This document shows positions 1-17,919 of a stretch of DNA of 64,000 bases, piece by piece. The translations under genes and the position numbers were made by a program. Under the pieces are notes generated by a model. That model was not told where the DNA came from. It made no database searches and saw only the letters and a program-made list of their open reading frames with translations. Each line of letters opens with the position of its first letter. The first letter of the stretch is position 1. Location: positions 254,820,001 to 254,884,000 of the forward strand of contig OZ024740.1 of NCBI GenBank assembly GCA_964016885.1, in the 5' to 3' direction. This DNA comes from Eledone cirrhosa. Its lineage: Eukaryota.

Positions 1-1570
1 ATATACATACATATACATATATATACATACATATACATATATATATATACATACATATATACATATACATATACATACATACACATATATATACATATAT
101 ACATACATACACATATATATACATACATATATATACATACGTATACATATATATATATACATACATATACATATATATATATACATACGTATACATATAT
201 ATATATACATACGTATACATATATATATATACATACGTATACATATATATATATACATACATATACATATATATATATACATACATATACATATATATAT
301 ATACATACATATACATATATATATATACATACATATACATATATATATATACATACATATACATATATATATATACATACATATACATATATATATATAT
401 ACATACATATACATATATATATATACATACATATACATATATATATATATACATACATATACATATATATATATACATACACATATATATATATACATAC
501 ATATACATATATATATATACATACATATACATATATATATATACATACATATACATATATATATATACATACATATACATATATATACATACATATACAT
601 ATATATACATACATATATACATACATATACATATACATATATACATACATATACATATACATATATACATACATATACATATATATATATACATACATAT
701 ACATATATATATATACATACACATATATATATATACATACATATACACATATACATACATATATATATATACATATACATATATATATATATACATACAT
801 ATACACATATACATACATATACATATATATATATACATATACATATATATATATACATACATATACATATATATATATACATACATATACATATATACAT
901 ACATATACATATATATATATACATACACATATATATATACATACATATACATATATATATACATACATATACATATATATATATATACATACATATACAT
1001 ATATATACATACATATACATATATATATACATACATATATATATACATATACATATATATATATATACATACATATATATATATATACATATACATATAT
1101 ATATATACATACATATATATATACATATATATATACATACATATATATACATATACATACATACATATATATACATATACATACATACATATATATACAT
1201 ATACATATATATATATACATATATATATATACATATACATATATATATATATACATATATATACATATACATATATATATATACATATACATATATATAC
1301 ATATATATATATACATATATATACATATACATATATATATATACATACATATACATATATACATACATATACATACATACATATACATATATATATATAC
1401 ATACATACATATACATATATACATACATATACATACATACATATACATACATATACATATATACATACATATACATATATATATATACATACATATACAT
1501 ATATATATATATACATACATATACATATATATATATACATACATATATATATATATACATACATATATAT
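1..1570. repeat. (TA)n/TACA compound microsatellite
   Basis: Degenerate TAYA repeats throughout. Confidence 0.97.
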
Positions 1571-2839
1571 TTGACCTTTCTATACCACGATGGATCTTAC
1601 TGGATCAACAAGAAATCTCAGACCCCATTTGACGTTAGCATGGGGGCGAGTGACTCGGCTGAAATTAGCGACCTTGTGGGCCTGTACATCCTACATAACC
1701 TGAAGAACCTCTTTACCGGCCTAACTGGAGGTTTATACCGAGACGACGGCCTCTTCGCCCTGCATAAGGTTAGCCCCAGAACCACCGATGGGTTTCGGAA
1801 AAACTTAAGCTCTTTCTTCTCTAATCTAGGATTTAGTATAACTATAGATTCTAATTTGACTAGGGCCAACTTCTTAGATGTCACTCTCGACCTAGATACT
1901 TCCCTCTATTACCCGTACCACAAACCTAACGAGTCCCTTAAATATATTAATGTTAATTCAAACCACCCCCAAAACATTACTGATAACCTAGTAAAAAGCG
2001 TCTCTATTAGAATATCTGGCCTCTCCGCCAACAAAGATATTTTTAATGCATCTGCCTCCTACTACAATGACGCCCTAGCCCGTAGCGGATTTAAAGATAA
2101 GATAACTTACCTAGAAACCACCGCAAAATTGCAGAGGAGGAATAGACATAGGCAGATTAGCTGGTACAACCCTCCCTTCAATAGAGAGGTATCTACTCCG
2201 ATAGCTAGGATTTTCTTCACTTTACTGAAATTACACTTCCCCATACAACATAGGTACTACACCATCTTTAATAAGAACACTATAAGACTGTCTTACTCCA
2301 CCACACCTAACCTAGCTAGGAATATAGCCAACCACAACTCTAAACTAAATAAGCCAACCACCTCCGAAACCAATCCCCGGACTGGGGCTCTATGTAATTG
2401 CCTAAATAAGGAAGCATGCCCACTAGAAAACAAATGCCTCACAAATGACATCGTATACAAATGAGATGTCATCTCGGGCACCGAGGATTGCAAAAAAACT
2501 TACATCGGCATGACCTCCAACACCTTTAAGACCCGCTGGTATGCCCATACCCACTCCTTCAGAAGACCGGATAAATCTAATCAAACAACACTCGCCTCCT
2601 ACGTTTGGGACCTCAAAAGGAACTCCACCCCCTTCACGCTTAATTGGAAAATACTCCAGAAAGCGCGCTCTTACAACGGAGGACACAAGGGCTGCGACCT
2701 TTGTATTTCAGAGAGCTACGAAATTTTATTCGCCAAGGGCCCGCTACTGAACAAACTCTCTGAACACTGCCCGAACTGCATGCACAAGAACTTTGCAACA
2801 TTCAAACACTTTAAGCCAGTGTTAAAGCCCGATGGCTAA
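1571..2839 (+). mobile_element. Penelope-like element: RT C-terminal part plus GIY-YIG endonuclease, 5'-truncated, one in-frame TGA at 2462
   Basis: FDVSMG, YRDD, NFLDVTL, NSNHP, WYNPPF, CNC..CPL..C, IVYK*..YIGMT..FKTR..H and CDLC..E motifs. ORFs 1571 and 2510 are in the same frame. Confidence 0.9.
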
Positions 2840-2974
2840 AAACGACCTCCCCCTACTGGCCCCTATACCTCCTCCCCACCCTACCCCCACCCCTCCTCAA
2901 CCTGAAATACGGCCACTATGGTCATGTGAGTACCTCTTTCGTATCTACATTTTCTGCATGTAGAGGTGTCTTTA

Positions 2975-3057
2975 TGTGCCTGTGTATATGCGTATATTTA
3001 TTGAGTACCTATTTACTTGTATGTGTATATATTTGTTTGTATATGTGTATATGTGTA

Positions 3058-3122
<65 letters not shown>

Positions 3123-3253
3123 ATATATATGTTTGTGTGTATATGTGTTTTATGTGTGTATATTTATGTAGGTATACGTATGTATGTGTTTGTGTATATG
3201 CATGTATGTATGTATATGTGTATGTATGTGTGTGTATGTGTATATATATATGT

Positions 3254-3323
<70 letters not shown>

Positions 3324-3350
3324 GTATGTATATATATATGTATGTGTGTG

Positions 3351-3381
<31 letters not shown>

Positions 3382-3477
3382 TTATGTATGTGTATATATA
3401 TATGTTTGTGTGTATATGTGTTTTATGTGTGTATATTTTTGTATGTATATGTATGTATGTGTTTGTGTATATGTATG

Positions 3478-3527
<50 letters not shown>

Positions 3528-3661
3528 TGTGTGTGTGTATGTATGTATGTATGTATGTATGTATACCTGTGTATGTGTGTGTGTATGTTTATGTATATGT
3601 CTGTGTATGTGTGTATGTATGTATGTGTGTGTATATGTGTGTATATATATGTGTATATGTA

Positions 3662-3700
<39 letters not shown>

Positions 3701-3765
3701 ATATATATATGTGTATGTATATATATATATATATGTATGCATGTATATGTATGTATGTGTGTATG

Positions 3766-3808
<43 letters not shown>

Positions 3809-3853
3809 GTATATATATATATGTATGTGTGTATATGTATACATGTATATGTA

Positions 3854-3884
<31 letters not shown>

Positions 3885-3923
3885 GTGCGTGTGTGTGTGT
3901 GTGTATATATATATATATGTATA

Positions 3924-3986
<63 letters not shown>

Positions 3987-4061
3987 ATATGTATATATGT
4001 ATATATATATGTATATGATTGTGTGGGCAGGTGTGTGTGTATATATATATATATATGTATA

Positions 4062-4100
<39 letters not shown>

Positions 4101-4148
4101 GTATATATATGTATATATATGTGTATGTGTGTGTGTATGTGTGTGTGT

Positions 4149-4179
<31 letters not shown>

Positions 4180-4314
4180 CATGAGAGAGAGAGTGTGTGT
4201 GTATATATATTTTGTGTGTGGGTGTGTGTATGTGTGTATGCGCGTGTGTGTGTATATATATATATATGTATATGTGTGTGTATGTATGTATGTGTATGTA
4301 TGTATATATATATA

Positions 4315-4377
<63 letters not shown>

Positions 4378-4506
4378 GTATATGTATGTGTGTATATATA
4401 TGTGTATGTATATATGTGTGTGTATATGTGCGTTATATGTCTGTATATATATGTGTATATTTATGTATAGGTCTGTGTATGTATGTGTATGTTTGTGTAT
4501 GTATGG

Positions 4507-4546
<40 letters not shown>

Positions 4547-4707
4547 GTGTATGTATATGTATATATATATATATATGTATGTGTATATATATATGTGTGT
4601 GTATGTGTGTGTGTATAGATATTTATACATATGTATACTCGTGTCTGTATGTATGCGTGTGAGTCTATTTATTTGTGTATATATGTGTGTGTGTGTGTGT
4701 GTATGTC

Positions 4708-4758
<51 letters not shown>

Positions 4759-4800
4759 GTATGTATATATATATATATGTATATATATGTGTGTGTGTGT

Positions 4801-4848
<48 letters not shown>

Positions 4849-4867
4849 GTGTTTGTATATATATGTA

Positions 4868-4951
<84 letters not shown>

Positions 4952-5225
4952 TATGTATATGTGTATATGTATTTTATATATGTATGTATGTATGTATGTG
5001 TGTATGTATGTGTGTGTACATGAATATATATTTTTATATATATTTATATATTTTTTATATATGTGTGTGTGTTTTTATGTGTGTATATGTGTTTGTGTGT
5101 GTGTTTATGGTTGCGCGTAAGTGTGTGAGTGAGTATGTGTGTTTTTTTGTTTTTTATGTGTGTTTTTTTGTTTTTCTGTTTTTTTGTTTTTTTGTTTTTT
5201 TGTTTTTTTGTGAATGTGTCTGTTG
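2975..5225. repeat. (TA)n/(TG)n compound microsatellite
   Basis: Degenerate TRTR repeats. Confidence 0.95.
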
Positions 5226-5675
5226 ATTTTGGCATATTGTTGATTAGTTTAAGAGAAGTTCGAAGATAATAGTAAGATATGCACTCAGTATTTTGAATCT
5301 GTCTGCAGAATTCCCTAGACCTTTGTCACTTAGTAGAACCTTAATGACTTTAGCTTTTAAAGAATCTCCCTCTTCTTTAATTCTATGGAGCTTGACTGAC
5401 CCCCCACTGATTTTATAGACATCTGTTAGCTTAAGAGAAACTTATTGACAAGGAATGGTATGCCATCCGGAACCTGTTTATAGAATTCTGTCTGCCTTTG
5501 TTACTCTAAAAACATAAATAAATATAAATAAAAATAAAAATTAACTATAGCTTTGTAGAATTAGCTTTTAATGAATTCCCTTTTCTATCAACCAATGACC
5601 TGCACCCATCCAACTCCCCACCCTCTCCTACCACTTGTAGAGACCTATAAATACCATATTTATTTTTTGATACCC

Positions 5676-5726
5676 AGATTCCTGATGATTTCTAATGAAT
5701 GAAACAGTTCTAGTCCTGTAGAATCT
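5676..5726 (+). ncRNA. Type I hammerhead ribozyme with canonical core
   Basis: AGATTC-CTGATGA-(t)TTC taat GAA(t)-GAAA-CAG ttctagtc CTG-TA-GAATCT. All three stems form. It lies 3' of the + strand PLE and is preceded by TATAAATA. Confidence 0.85.
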
Positions 5727-5993
5727 CATCTATATTAAAACTGTTATACTCTGCTATGTATTGAGTACCTTACTTACTGTGGTTACCTCCGATTCAACCC
5801 GGAATAACGTATATACATACATATATATATATATATACATACATACATATATATATACATATACATATATATATATATACATATATATAGAGAAAATTGA
5901 GGTTGGTAATGGCACATGGAATATATAAGAGACAGAATACTTTTTTGTGAAAAAACATAATTTTATAAGGTAAGGAAATAATAAAGGGTATAA

Positions 5994-6041
5994 AAAATGA
6001 CCGGTTTCGATGGGTCTGCAAAAGCCATCTTTTCAAATGTT
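5994..6041 (-). ncRNA. Minimal hammerhead ribozyme, U3/A8 variant
   Basis: Reverse complement: AACAT-TTGAAAA-GATGG..CCATC-GAAA-CCGG-TC-ATTTT. Helix III is the palindrome ACCGGT. It lies 3' of the - strand PLE. Confidence 0.7.
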
Positions 6042-6344
6042 GATTAATATTAAGAAAAATTAATAATACGAAGAGTTAAAATTTGAGACTTGAAAATTCA
6101 AGTATAAAATTCATTGTGGGATTTCATAGCAGTTTTCATCTTGGTAGCAACAACAGGTTGACTGCTGTGTCCCTTTCTGGTAGTGAATGAGAAGTTATTT
6201 GGGGTGTGGGTTATTTTATAAAGGTCAGATTTAGCAATCGCCAGCTGCTGGTCAGTGAGGAGGTGGAAGCAATATACATACACATATCTTCCTGTGATGG
6301 GTAGGAGAGTGGAGCGTGATAGAAAGGGATTTAGTGCACTTACA

Positions 6345-6389
6345 CCTATATATACACACATACCTTCATCCACACATACATACATATAC

Positions 6390-6430
<41 letters not shown>

Positions 6431-6501
6431 CACACATACATACACACACACATACATATACATACACACATACACACACACACATATATATATATACACA
6501 T

Positions 6502-6554
<53 letters not shown>

Positions 6555-6593
6555 TATATATACATACACATACATCCAGATACACACATACAT

Positions 6594-6626
<33 letters not shown>

Positions 6627-6970
6627 CACACATATATATATATATATATATATACACCCCCCCACACATACATACACACACACACACATATATATATATA
6701 TACATACACACATACAAACACACACACACATATATATACACACACATATACACACACATATATATATACACACACACACGCATATATATATATATATACA
6801 CATACGCATACATCCAGATACCCACATACATACACACACACGCACACACAATACATACATCCACATGCACACACATACACACACACACACATATACACAT
6901 ACATACACCCACACACAGAGAAATGGCCTTCAAATATATATATATATATATACATACAGACACATATATT
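6345..6970. repeat. (CA)n/(TA)n microsatellite
   Basis: Direct reading. Confidence 0.9.
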
Positions 6971-7251
6971 TTTTCCATAATATAAGAAGTTGGGGCAGTG
7001 AAATTAAAATACAAGTCATTCTGATCACATTGAGTTCTTCATGTAGATTGGGCCCCGCAACCGACAGTGGTGAATTCTGTGTGCGCATATATATATAGAT
7101 ATATATGTGTGCACGTGCAGGGTTTAACATGGATGTGTTGGTCACACAAAGGCATGGTCTGTCAATGAATAAACCTGATTCTACAGAATTGGTCTCTGGT
7201 CTTTAATAGTAGTGATTCCGTGCGTATGTGTGTTTATATTTTATGACAATT

Positions 7252-8499
7252 CTATTGGGGTGATAACCCGTTTAGTTTTGGTTTAAATTTGTTAAGGAAT
7301 AGATTTTCTTTGTTTATTCTTTGTTGCTGTGTGAACGAATCTGAGCACTTGTAGAAGGGGAAGATTTTAAAGTTGGGTAGTGTCATTCCTGCGCAGTTCG
7401 CAATATGGGTGCTCAAGGGGATTTTTCTTGTGTTAGCGTCCCGGATTTGTTGGCGGTGGATGGTCATTCTTTTGCGTAATGAGGTGCCCGTCTGTCCTAT
7501 GTAGTTGTGTTTGCACCCACCGCAAGTTATTGCGTAAATCAAGTTCTCCGAGTTGCAGGTGAAATTGTTTTTTACTGTAAATGTTTGGCCATCTTTGAAT
7601 GTAAATGTTTGTCCTTCAGTGAGGTAGAGGCACGTTCCACAGTTTGTTCTACCACATTTGGTAACTGTAGGGTTGAGGATTGGTTTGGGTATATTTGGTC
7701 CAGTGAGAATGCGTTTAAGTGATTTGGGTTGTCTTTTACTTTTAAGGATCTTGTGTGTTTCAAGAATAGACTTCATTTTTACATCTTTAAGTAGGATGGG
7801 GAGGTTTTTGTGTAGGTGATCAAACATTTCGGTATTTCTGGGGTTGAAAGTGGATACATATGGCAGGGTGTTGAGTGTGGTTTTCTGTTTTGGATTGTTA
7901 AGTTGATGGGGATTTAGGTGTTTTGCCCTGTCTATTCCATTGTCGATTATTTCAAGTGGAAAGGCTCTTAAGATAAGGGTGTCTTTTAGTTCCTTTAGTC
8001 TTTGCTCCCGTTTAGGTGGATCTGATACTATGGTACATATACGTTTGGCCAAATTGTAAGGAATGTTAAGTTTTGTATGTTTTGGGTGACTTGATGTGAA
8101 AAAGAGGTATTGCTTGGAATCTGTGGGTTTATAGAATATATCTGTATCTAATTTCCCGTCTATTACAGAGATGAGAATATCCAAGAAGGCTAATTCCTTA
8201 GGATTGGATTCCATTGTGAATTGTATGTTATTATCTATGTTGTTTATCATGTTTTTAAACGTAGTAAGTGAGTTCATGTCTTCTTGCCATAGGATAAAGC
8301 AGTCGTCTAGATATCTTTTCCAATTGGCTTTGAGGTGTGTGTGGAAAGAGTCTCCAAATAAGAGAAGGGACTGACCGTATATTTGTTGTTCATGGAATCC
8401 CATGACTAGGTTGGCATATGTGGGTGCTACTTTCGTGCCCATTGCCGTACCTGATACTTGTCTGTATGTTGAACCATTGAATGTGAAGTAGTTATTTTG
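7252..8499 (-). mobile_element. Penelope-like element (RT plus GIY-YIG), 5'-truncated, open frame
   Basis: NYFTF, GTAMG, RYLDD, FLDI, SSHP, C..C..C and LIYAITC..YIGQT..R..H motifs. The N-terminal YI repeats of ORF 7252..9498 are microsatellite. Confidence 0.92.
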
Positions 8500-11625
<3,126 letters not shown>

Positions 11626-11953
11626 ATCATCATCATCATCATCAGTTTTTTCCCTTCGTTAATTTTCAAATTCTTTTAATTTATACATTATCTTCCAACG
11701 GTTTTCAACCTCTCTATGTAAAACAATATATCTTTTCTCAGTTATAAAAACTATCCCTTTCTCTCTATCACCCATCTCTCCCTCTCCACCTTCACTCTCA
11801 TCTCCTCCCCTTTTTTCATCCTTTCCACCCCCCCTCTCTAAATAAAATATTTTTTTGCCAATATCACACATCAATCTAAAATTACTTTTCATATGTTGAT
11901 TTAAAACTGCACTATCCACAAGTGTTTTTTAGCCTTCATATCATGTCCTCCTG

Positions 11954-12020
11954 TTTTATATGATGAAAACACAAATATTATTGCATGATGATGTTTGTTT
12001 TTGAAATGCGCATAATAAAA
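11954..12020 (+). ncRNA. Hammerhead ribozyme motif with a C3A core change
   Basis: TTTTAT-ATGATGA-long helix II-GAAA-TGCGCA-TA-ATAAAA. Confidence 0.6.
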
Positions 12021-12066
12021 TACATGGAACTCCTTTAACCATCTTTTGATCTTATATATTATAAAT

Positions 12067-12097
<31 letters not shown>

Positions 12098-12230
12098 TAT
12101 TTACACACATATATATACACCCATATATACATATATATATATATACACACACACATATATATATATATATACAAATACACATATATATATATATTTACAC
12201 ACATATATATACACATATATACATATATAC

Positions 12231-12275
<45 letters not shown>

Positions 12276-12277
<2 letters not shown>

Positions 12278-13494
12278 TCTTTTATTTGCCACCAGGGCAT
12301 CAAAAGTGGGTCAAGTACAATGGGGGAGTTTACAAAACAAGGCATCCTCAATAAGGAGGAGGCAATAACAATATATAAAAATAAAATAAAATATAACAAA
12401 AAATAAAATTTATAAAGTCCTCAATAGAGAGGAGGCGCCTTGGGGGGTCGCACACACCCCCGAAAAAAGTGTGCAACCCTTCTCCTCAGGAGCACAGAGA
12501 AGGGGTGCTCCCTTGGTCTTTCATCTTCCTAGTCTGATGTAAAGTGAAGGCCCATTCACACGGGCCATTCTCGCCACTTTCACCCATCTTTCATAGAAAC
12601 GGCTGGGGTGCAGCACCTCTCTCTCCATCCTGATCCTTCTTCCGAAATGATATCGGAAGAAACGGACCAGTTGTTGGCCAGAGAGAAAGGTGTCTGACCT
12701 CAGTCCTTTCAGACGCGTCCACCATACAACCTCTTTCGCCATGGCTATTACGCACAGAAACACCGCCTCTCCTTCGTTTTTGAAGAGGGGAGGCGGCTTG
12801 ATCGTTACAATATACTCGGTGGTCAACCGGATCGGTCCCACCCTTGACAGCAGTTGTTCGACATAGCCCCACAGATCGGCAATGCCCGAGCAGTGTACCA
12901 ATGCGTGTGCAACGGTTTCCTCGTCGCACACGCATCTGGGACGGATCTTTTTCGATGGGTCCCTACCCGGGCGCCCGTGTCTGTAGAGCCTTTCTCGAAC
13001 GGGCAGAGCCCTTCTGTAGCATTGCCAGGCCAGGGACCTCTGGAAGTTATCCATGGGTCCCGGGCTGAATGTCCTACCGAACAGGTTGGCCAGTTCGTCT
13101 TCCTCCATGCCTAGGGCTTCTCCGACGGCGTCGTCGCACCTGCTAACCACCAGCCCTCTATAGAATGACGAGGTGGATTCTCCACTGACAGCCGGGTCCA
13201 CCTGCCAGAGAGCCGTGAGCGCCTGGGCACACTCGGTGTGCCAGGCGCCCAGTTTTCTCGGTCTTTGCTTGACCCAGGATTGCAGCTCGGTGAGTGAGAC
13301 GAGTCTGGGAAAGGCTCGCCTCACAAACGGGGCCCACACCGGTTGACCGGAGAGGAATACCTGAAGGTGCCGTAGCCTTAATGCGTGTTTACGTATCATT
13401 AGCCACGGCATCCCCAGCCCTCCTTTCGAAGGGTGTTGACAGCAGATGGATCTCCTCACCATAGGAGCCCGCTTCTTCCAAAGGAATTGGAAGA

Positions 13495-13496
<2 letters not shown>
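12276..13496 (-). mobile_element. Tx1/L1-group LINE 3' fragment
   Basis: LFQFLW..GGLGMP, ALPVRERL and ETVAHALVHC (zf-RVT/CCHC region). The 3' UTR ends AATAAAAGAAA and runs into (TA)n. Confidence 0.82.
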
Positions 13497-13535
<39 letters not shown>

Positions 13536-13574
13536 TATATACAAATACACATACATATAAATATACATATATAC

Positions 13575-13624
<50 letters not shown>

Positions 13625-14251
13625 TTAAGTCGTTTGGAAGCCTCGACAATGCAAATGGGTAAATCTCCGGGTAACAAGATCCGGTCGTGGAGAGAGAGAT
13701 GTAAGTGGGTGTACGTTGAGATGCGTGGTGTGTATAAGATGTGTAGAAGAATGAAGGAAAGAGTATAAAGGATAAAATTAAAATAACAACACAAGAGAGA
13801 GTTACCTTGGGAGAGATTAATAGTCCCTATATATTTCGGATTCACATCCATCAACTGGGGTTTTTTTCCGGGGTGGGGGAAAGGTTGTCTGTGGGACAAG
13901 TGCAAAACGCGTCCTCCGCTGTTTGTTGTTTTGAATATCTGAGGTATTCGGCAGAGCGCGCGTGCGCGTGAAATGGGGTCGGTCGGGCAGAGGTCAGCGG
14001 CCGAATGAGGGAGTGGGGTGGCGCTAGCTGTCAGTCCATTCTCTGCCTGTTTGTTAAATGTTACTGTGTGTGTGTGTGCGTGTGTTGTTGTCTCGCTTGA
14101 GTGTGTGTGTGTGCATGTGTTGTTGCCTTGTTCCTCTGTATTGGCAGTGTAGTATGTTCGTATGGTGGAATGCTACTGTGTGTGTGTGCGCGTGTGTGTG
14201 TAGTTGTCTCGTTCGTGTGTGTGTGCGTGTGTTGCTGCATCGTTTGTTAAC

Positions 14252-15423
14252 TTAAACCAGCCATCTCATTTCGCTTCTCTCTGATTGATTGTTTATTTGC
14301 GGTTGCAGGCGTTTGATAAAAAGCGCTTCCTTGATACGTAACGTGCCGACGTTTCTTTCAGTCGTTAGAATTGTGACAATGGGCCTTCTGTCTTTGTTTC
14401 CGCATTTGTCTATGTGTTTCCGGAAAGACGAGGCCCTGGTTTTAGTGTGTTCCTTGATCCGGATGTGCAAAGGTCGGATTGTGCTACCTATGTAGTATTG
14501 GTTGCACCTGTCACATTCTATCTTATACACGACGTATGTGCGTAGGCAACAGTTCGCATGGCGTATCGGGCAGTCTCTGAGGGAGCATGCGTCAGTAGAT
14601 TTCCCGGGTTTCATGGAGAGGCATCTTCGCAGGGAGGGGCCCGAATGGGCCAGGTGGATGTCGAGGCCCTCCCTCCGTATAGCCTTGCGGATAGCGTTGG
14701 TGGTATTCTCGCCCAGGTGTGGCATTTTAAGGAAGCACTTGCCTTGGGTGCCTCTCTGTCTCTTGTGTCTCCTATTCTGTCTGTGATCGAGGTAGGGTAC
14801 CCGTTCGTCTCCAGCACCTTGAGGAATCGCTTGGTATGAGTGACACTACTCGCGGGATCGCTGCATCTGTTTTTGATTCGCGCGATCTCGTTCGTGATGT
14901 ATCCTCTTTTGGCACTGTTAGGGAGGGCGGACTTGTAGTGAACGAACAGGTCCCTGCAGGCTGCCTTTCGGTAGAAGTTGCAGTGGATCCTTCCCTGTTC
15001 CGTGATGTTGATTTGGAAGTCGAGGAGGGCAAGTGACCCGTCTTCGTTGGGGTGTTCAACACTGAAGTCAATGCTCTCGTCCGTGTTGTTGAACGTCTCA
15101 TAGATTCTGTTCGCCGTGTCTTGGGAAGATGTGAGGATGAGGATATCGTCCACGTACCTTGAGAAAAAGGCTACGGCGTTGGGGTGGCAGGCGTTGAGTG
15201 CCTTGCGTTCGATGTTGTCCATGTAAGAGATCGCTAGCACACCTGATAGGCTTGATCCCATGGGCAATCCCGAGGTTTGTTGGTATGTTTGGTCAAGGAA
15301 TCCGAAGTAGGTGTTGTCGACGACGATGGATAGGAGTTGGTGGATGTCAATGGTGGTGAGCCCGAAGCAGTGTAGGTCGGTGGATTGGACGCGTTCCATC
15401 AGTATATTGACTTTTTTCATCAT
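14252..15423 (-). mobile_element. Penelope-like element (RT plus GIY-YIG) with a frameshift near 14730
   Basis: GLPMGSSLS, RYVDD, LLDF, VVYKIEC..YIGST.R..R..EH and EALFI motifs. Confidence 0.9.
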
Positions 15424-15521
15424 CTTAACCTTTATAATATTTAATCCTTAAAGCTGTATTGCTATTACTAAGAAGAGATTTTTCTTCGGTAAAATCTCTG
15501 AATTTCCATAGATTTTTAATA

Positions 15522-15571
<50 letters not shown>

Positions 15572-15572
<1 letters not shown>

Positions 15573-15651
15573 ATCAAAAGATGGTTAAAAGAGTTCCAAG
15601 TATTTTATTATGCGCATTTCAATACTTGGAACTCTTTTAACCATCTTTTGA
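15572..15651. repeat. Inverted repeat with 30-bp arms and a 20-nt loop
   Basis: atcaaaagatggttaaaagagttccaagta pairs with tacttggaactcttttaaccatcttttgat. Related to 12001-12055. Confidence 0.85.
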
Positions 15652-15745
15652 TTTTATAGTATTTATACTCCAGTCCTACAAACTGTAGAGTGCTACTTAT
15701 CCAATATTTGCATTGCTTTATTGTGCTACAATAAAACTCACCTCC

Positions 15746-15785
<40 letters not shown>

Positions 15786-15823
15786 TATATTTATATTCTT
15801 TTAATAATATATGGATCTCATCT

Positions 15824-17473
15824 ACGAGATGCAATTTGGGTTTGTTCCAGGGAAAGGCACCACTGATGCGCTCTTCCTTGTGAGGCAATTACAGGAAAAG
15901 TACCTAGCTAAAAGTAAGCCACTCTACTTGGCATTTGTCGACCTTGAGAAAGCCTTTGACAGAGTTCCACGTGCAGTAATCTGGTGGGCTCTTAGAAAAC
16001 TAGGAGTAGATGAATGGCTTGTGAAAGCGGTACAAGCCATGTATAGGGGAGCAGTCAGCAAAGCTAGGATTGGCAATGAGTATAGCGAGGAATTTAGCGT
16101 ACAGGTTGGGGTCCACCAGGGCTCTGTTCTTAGCCCTCTCCTGTTCATCATAGTCCTGCAGGCAATAACGGAGGAGTTTAAGACCGGATGCCCATGGGAA
16201 CTCCTGTATGCTGATGACCTCGCACTCATAGCTGAATCTATGGTAGAACTAGAGAATAAATTCCAAACCTGGAAGCAGGGACTAGAGAGAAAGGGCCTCA
16301 AAGTCAACATGACAAAGACTAAGGTCCTTATAAGTAGACGAGAAAACAGAACCCAGATCCCCTCAGGGAAATGGCCTTGCTCAGTATGTAGGAAAGGTGT
16401 AGGTAGGAACTCCATTCTTTGCCCCAAATGCAAACAATGGGTACACAAGAGATGTAGCGGGATCTCAGGAAGCTTAATTAAGAATGTAGGATTCACATGC
16501 AGCAGCTGTGCTGAAACAGCAAGCAAACAGCCACAGGAAACAAGTACCACCAATCTCTGGGAGGGCCCTGTAGAAACAGTAGACAGCTTCTGCTACCTAG
16601 GTGACCGAATTAGCAACGGAGGTGGGTGCTCAGAAAGTACAATAACTAGGGTAAGAACGGGATGGAAGAAGTTTAGGGAACTACTACCACTGCTAGCTGC
16701 AAAAGGCTTCTCCCTCAGAATGAAAGGCAGACTGTATGATGCGTGTATCCGAACAGCGATGTTGCATGGTAGTGAGACCTGGGCGCTGAAGGTGGAAGAC
16801 TTACGTAGATTAGAGAGAAACGAAGCCTGCATGCTCCGATGGATGTGTAACAGTAATATACGTGAACGACAAAGCATAAATGAATTGAGAGAGAGACTGA
16901 GCATAAGAGGAATCAAATGCTGCGTGCAGGAGAGGCGGTTACGCTGGTATGGACATGTGATGCGTATGAAGGATGACAGCTGCATAAAAAGGTGCAGAGC
17001 ACTAGAAGTTGATGGAAACCGCGGAGTGGGGAGACCCAAGATGACTTGGGATGAGGTGATAAAAGCCGACCTTACCCAACTACACCTCTCAAAGTCAATG
17101 ACACACGACCGTGACTTCTGGCGTCACGCAGTAATACAGGGTACCCGACCTCCCATGGGTACATGCTGAAGCATATAAACAATATGCCCCCCCCCCCCCA
17201 CCGCAAGGTGGTCGTGGAGGTGCCACGGCAAAAAAGCACCCAGCCCACACTGTAAAGTGGACGTGTAGGCGCCACGAAAAAGCACCCAGCACTCACTGTA
17301 AATGAGGTTGGTGTTAGGAAGGGCATCCAGCTGTAGAAATCAAGCCAGATCAGTTCCTGTATGAGCAAGGCATGGTCAGCCGACCAGACACTGCCCACAA
17401 CAGGACAACCCGTCTAACCCATGCTAGCGTGGAAGAACGGACGTAAAACGGTGATGATGATGATGATGATGAT
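15824..17473 (+). mobile_element. RTE-clade LINE family A, 5'-truncated young copy
   Basis: QFGF, FVDLEKAFD, QGSVLSP and YADD motifs; only 2 amino-acid differences seen against the 43836 ORF; (TGA)n tail. Confidence 0.95.
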
Positions 17474-17919
17474 CTCAATTTTTAATTTATAGATCTCAAT
17501 AATTTAATTGATAAATTAAACATTTAATCGAATTTAAACATTAGATAAAATTCTCCGGTTATTATTATTTATTTATTTATCCACGCTTTATTTACTCCGC
17601 GTAATTCATCCACTATATATTTATTTTTTCGCTTCATCATCTCATAAATTACGTTAATACAACACTCTCTCACTTAGGGTTTTCTCTCTTTCTCTTTCTT
17701 TTGTTTTCCTTCTTTGGGTCTGCTCTTTCTTTTTCTTTTTTTTTTTCCCTATTCCAACGGCTTAATTTAAATGTACGGGATTTAAACCTCTCCAACACTA
17801 ATTTGCATAATAGACCAATAATAAAATTAGTAACCCCACTATCCGGGAGCTTCCAACCGACATGGTCGCATTCTTTAAGGGTATGTCAATATTTGTTTAT
17901 AAAACTGATCAATATTATA

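Noticed and set aside
2895-5400. SECIS candidates downstream of the TGA-containing PLE (near 2902 and 5345)
   Set aside because: By eye the stem pairing, GA quartet and apical AA motif do not fit together.
13822-13862. Hammerhead-like GGAT..ATCC-GAAA-TATATA on the minus strand (similar weak cases near 25128 and 30395)
   Set aside because: The core deviates too far from CUGANGA or the stems are missing; at most these are remnants.
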